Position numbers and translations under genes: made by a program | Source of the DNA: an uncultured delta proteobacterium | Lineage (GTDB): Bacteria > Myxococcota_A > Polyangia > Polyangiales > Polyangiaceae | DNA length: 64,000 bases | Direction of reading: 5' to 3' | Assembly: GCA_963839305.1 (NCBI GenBank) | Contig: CAWIUL010000011.1 | Coordinates: 2,505,561 to 2,569,560 of the forward strand | Shown: positions 62,175 through 64,000 of the stretch, piece by piece | Layout: each line of letters starts with the position of its first letter | Position numbering within the stretch: position 1 is the first letter of the stretch | The notes under the pieces: generated by a model | The model's database searches: none | The model's input: the letters and a program-made list of their open reading frames with translations, nothing else | What the model was told of the DNA's origin: nothing

Positions 62175-62957
62175 GTGCGTGCGCGCTCCGCTCCGCTCTT
62201 TTGGCTCGTCGCGACGCTCGCGCCGACCCTCGCCTTGTTCGCGATCACCGCCGCGAAGGGGTGGCCGGGGATGCCAATCGACTGCTCCGACTCGTGCTTC
62301 TGCGAGGCTGTGCGCCCGGGTTGGTTGAGGCAACCGGCCAACACGCTGTCGAACCTCGTCCCCATCGGGCTCGCGTTCGTCGCGGCCATCGCCGCCGCGC
62401 GCCGTCCCGCCGCGTCATCGGCAGGCGCGGCGTTCGCGCGCGCGTTCCCCGTCGCGCTTGCGCTGCAGGGAGTCGGCTCGATGTTCTATCACGCGTCGCT
62501 CGTCGAATGGGGCGGCAGCCTCGACTCGATCAGCATGTTCCTCGTGATGGGCTTGTTCCTCTCCGTGAACGTCGCGCGGCTTCGAGGCACGGGCGGCGCG
62601 ACGCTGCTGAAGACGTGGGTCGCGACCGCGTCCGCCGGGATCCTCATCGCGCGCGTCGAGGGCCGCGCGATCCCGCTCGTGATGTTCGCGATGCTCATCA
62701 CCAACCTCGGCTTCGAGATCGCGATGAGCCGCAGGCGACCGATGTCCGAGCGTTGGCTGCGTGCCGGACTCGGGGTGTTCGTCGCGGCCAACGTCGTCTG
62801 GGCATTCTCGGTCGCACCTGGGACGGCGTTCTGCGCTCCCACGTCGTGGCTCCAAGGGCACGCGGTGTGGCATGCGGGCGCGGGCGTCGCGGTCTTCTTG
62901 CTCGGCGTCCACTTCGCGCGCGCCCTCGACCCGGTACCGCGACGGTTCACAGTTTGA
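62175..62957 (+). CDS. Ceramidase-like (alkaline ceramidase/CREST family) polytopic membrane protein
   Basis: GTG 62175 (alternative ATG 62089 would overlap the HlyD start). PIDCSDSCFCEAVRPGWLRQPANTLSNL, MFYHASLVEWGGSLDSISMF and GHAVWHAGAGVAVFLLG resemble the His/Asp Zn-coordinating TM motifs of alkaline ceramidases. Confidence 0.45.
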   Translation: MRARSAPLFWLVATLAPTLALFAITAAKGWPGMPIDCSDSCFCEAVRPGWLRQPANTLSNLVPIGLAFVAAIAAARRPAASSAGAAFARAFPVALALQGVGSMFYHASLVEWGGSLDSISMFLVMGLFLSVNVARLRGTGGATLLKTWVATASAGILIARVEGRAIPLVMFAMLITNLGFEIAMSRRRPMSERWLRAGLGVFVAANVVWAFSVAPGTAFCAPTSWLQGHAVWHAGAGVAVFLLGVHFARALDPVPRRFTV

Positions 62958-62962
62958 ACTGC

Positions 62963-63586
62963 TCAGCGCGGCGCGCGCGCCACGCCGCGGATGCTCGCGC
63001 GCACGAAAGGGAGCGCCTTGCGCATGCTCTCGCGCTTCTCTTGCTCGACCTCGAAGCCCGCGTCGCGGATGGCCTTGCCGGTGCGCCGCGTGAGGTGACA
63101 GTTGCCGCTCACGAGGAGCCACGCCGGCTCGAGGCGTCGCTGCCACGCGAGTCGATCGGGGCGATCCTCGGCCGCGACGTGCTCGAGGAAGAGCAGGCGG
63201 CCACCGGGGCGAAGGACGCGGCGGATGTCGGCGAGGCTGTCGGCGAGATTGGGGACGGAGCAGAGGACGAGCGTCGAGACCACGGTGTCGAAGCTCGCGG
63301 CGTCGAACGGCAGGCGGCCGGCCTCGCCTTCGCTCACCTCGCCGCGCGGGAGATCGTCCCGCGCGATCTTCCGCGACAGGCGCGCGCGCATGTGAGGGTC
63401 GGGCTCGCTGAGCACGAGGCGCGTCACGCCGCTGCCATAGAACGGCAAGTTGGCGCCCGTGCCGGCGCCGACCTCGAGGACCTCGCCCGTCGCGTTTGCG
63501 AGGAGCGCGGCGCGCCAATCGGAGAGGCATGCGCGCTCGGAGCTGCGCATGAACGGATCGTAGAGCGTCGAGAAGAGCCAGGACAT
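62963..63586 (-). CDS. Class I SAM-dependent methyltransferase (Methyltransf_11-like)
   Basis: VLEVGAGTGANL motif I. RPGGRLLFLEH. Confidence 0.7.
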   Translation of the reverse strand: MSWLFSTLYDPFMRSSERACLSDWRAALLANATGEVLEVGAGTGANLPFYGSGVTRLVLSEPDPHMRARLSRKIARDDLPRGEVSEGEAGRLPFDAASFDTVVSTLVLCSVPNLADSLADIRRVLRPGGRLLFLEHVAAEDRPDRLAWQRRLEPAWLLVSGNCHLTRRTGKAIRDAGFEVEQEKRESMRKALPFVRASIRGVARAPR

Positions 63587-63611
63587 GTGAGGTTCGAAGA
63601 TTACCCGCGAC

Positions 63612-64000
63612 TCAGGCGTGAGCGGCTACTTGTCGCTCTCGTCGCCAGAAGAGGCTCAGGATGAAGCACGCGCTCGCGACGAGGACGACGAGAGGACCAG
63701 GCTCGCGGTGAAGGACGTGCGCGGCATACGTGCCGGTCGTCGTCGCGATGACGGAGACGACGACAGCAATGCCAAGCATTCCGCTGAGGCTCAATGCGAG
63801 GCGTTTCGCCGTCGCAGCCGGGATGATCGCGAGCGACCCGATGAGCAGCACGCCGAGGTAGCGCAGTCCGAGGCCGATGGTGAGCGCGAACACGAGCAGG
63901 AAAGCAAGGTTGAGGCGCGATACGTCGATGCCCGACGTTCGCGCGATCTCCGGCGACACGAGGAGCAAGACGAGGCGGTGCCTCGCGCGCAAGACGAATC
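63612..64000 (-). CDS. Metal ABC transporter permease (ABC-3/ZnuB-MntB family), C-terminal part. The 5' end lies beyond the window.
   Basis: ...LLVFALTIGLGLRYLGVLLIGSLAIIPAATAKRLA... matches ABC-3 permease TM helices. The ORF runs off the window end. Confidence 0.65.
   Translation of the reverse strand, partial: FVLRARHRLVLLLVSPEIARTSGIDVSRLNLAFLLVFALTIGLGLRYLGVLLIGSLAIIPAATAKRLALSLSGMLGIAVVVSVIATTTGTYAAHVLHREPGPLVVLVASACFILSLFWRRERQVAAHA

Overview
This is a high-GC (about 70%) bacterial chromosomal segment. Two proteins carry MYXO-CTERM-type C-terminal sorting signals, so it is almost certainly from Myxococcota. It is densely coding, mostly on the minus strand, with about 60 protein genes and two tRNAs (Arg-CCG, Ser-TGA). 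Contents, start to end: the C-terminal ~1930 codons of a giant cyclic beta-1,2-glucan synthase (NdvB/Cgs-like) gene broken by seven frameshifts; a loose NHEJ-type DNA-repair neighbourhood (stand-alone LigD polymerase domain, separate ATP-dependent ligase, PolX) interleaved with a GH5 glycosidase and a beta-propeller lipoprotein; a tightly overlapping three-gene operon (DUF2029/GT87-like membrane glycosyltransferase, lysophospholipid acyltransferase, alpha/beta hydrolase) beside two tandem paralogous polytopic membrane proteins and tRNA-Arg; dnaK with a clear rho-independent terminator; pcnB; an orphan Tad/Flp pilin module (two tandem Flp pilins, prepilin peptidase CpaA, TadE/TadG/TadE pseudopilins) that lacks secretin, ATPase and platform genes; a split YyaL thioredoxin-domain gene; a MarR, Zn-ribbon-FHA, histidine kinase and response regulator cluster; an ECF sigma / anti-sigma pair with PilZ; comEC, hpt, rarA, yggS, rpoZ; an M15 peptidase; a tRNA-Ser neighbourhood with an OmpA-like lipoprotein and a DUF1847 remnant; and a MacAB-type HlyD/ABC efflux operon next to a ceramidase-like membrane protein. 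The most striking sequence-level observation: every frame disruption I could resolve (13 in 6 genes) is a net +1 insertion. That favours insertion-biased sequencing or assembly error over random decay, although the NdvB-like gene is about 7-fold enriched for them. No CRISPR array, integrase, transposase or recognisable defence system was found.
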